Assembly (NCBI RefSeq): GCF_044704955.1
Contig: NC_091984.1
Span: 144,708,001-144,772,000, forward strand
Direction of reading: 5' to 3'
DNA length: 64,000 bases
Source of the DNA: Pristiophorus japonicus
Taxonomy: Eukaryota
Both the position numbers and the translations under genes were made by a program. Position 1 is the first letter of the stretch. Each line of letters begins with the position of its first letter. The notes beneath the pieces are model-generated. The model was not told the origin of the DNA and made no database searches. It saw only the letters and a program-made list of their open reading frames with translations. Shown here piece by piece: positions 63,575 through 64,000 of the stretch.

Positions 63575-63855
63575 CGGACACAGAGAGAGGGAGGGAGGGA
63601 GGGAGAGTGTAAGTGAAGGAGTGAGAGAAAGAGAGTGAGAGGGAGGGAAAGAGAGACTGAGGGAGAGAGAGAGATCGAGGGAATAAGTGAGAGAGGGAGT
63701 GAATGAGGGGAAGATGCAGAGAGAGAGTGAAGGAGAAAGGGTGAGAGAGAGAGAGAGAGAAAAAATGAAGGAGAGTGAGAGAGAAACCGAGAGAGCAACA
63801 GATAGAGTGAGACACTGAGAAAGAGACAGAGGGAGACCCCCACACACACACACAG
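63575..63855 (+). repeat. Degenerate (GA)n/(CA)n low-complexity tract
   Basis: Direct inspection. Confidence 0.9.
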
Positions 63856-63876
63856 ACTGAGTGAGCCAGGGACGGA

Positions 63877-63915
63877 GGATATTGTACAGCCGCTGCACTG
63901 GAAGCTGTCACTGTG
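63877..63915 (-). other. 23-bp-spacer recombination signal sequence of J
   Basis: GGATATTGT + 23 nt + CACTGTG. Confidence 0.92.
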
Positions 63916-63950
63916 GCTCACGTTCGGTAAAGGAACCAAGCTCAGACTGA
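63916..63950 (+). CDS. IGKJ: IgL J segment
   Basis: LTFGKGTKLRL (FGxG motif), phase-1 donor GTAAGT at 63951. Confidence 0.97.
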
Positions 63951-64000
63951 GTAAGTAAACCCCAATGCTCCGTTATTAACACTTTAAATACTGAATCTTT

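Noticed and set aside
62468-63876. D segment or additional RSS between V and J
   Set aside because: CAC-starting motifs lack a correctly spaced nonamer; the 12/23 V-J pair is already complete
63373-63939. Hydrophobic Leu/Ser-rich ORFs
   Set aside because: Translation of the (GA)n low-complexity tract

Overview
Vertebrate, almost certainly cartilaginous-fish (shark-like), genomic DNA from an immunoglobulin light-chain cluster region, mostly transposon-derived. Host genes: an intact kappa-type (NS4/type III-like) C exon on the minus strand (38338-38666), and an apparently functional unrearranged leader-V-RSS12 ... RSS23-J on the plus strand (61902-63950) that points away from that C exon. A B-cell-enhancer-like motif cluster (EICE, E-box, kB-like, RUNX) occurs twice, in inverted orientation, between them. 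The left third holds nested Gypsy elements and a near-complete but decayed retrovirus-like provirus (11914-24278, minus strand). It has gag, a TGA-CGG junction, protease, RT, two RNase H domains, integrase and a tRNA-Arg PBS, i.e. a lokiretrovirus-like layout. Its env-position frame encodes a cryptic immunoglobulin-superfamily domain hidden by a premature stop, which is the most striking observation. The rest is CR1, L2, RTE and Tx1 LINE fragments, Deu-type SINEs, a Harbinger transposon, minisatellites and two inverted paralogous blocks. All calls are by eye; repeat boundaries and identities are approximate.
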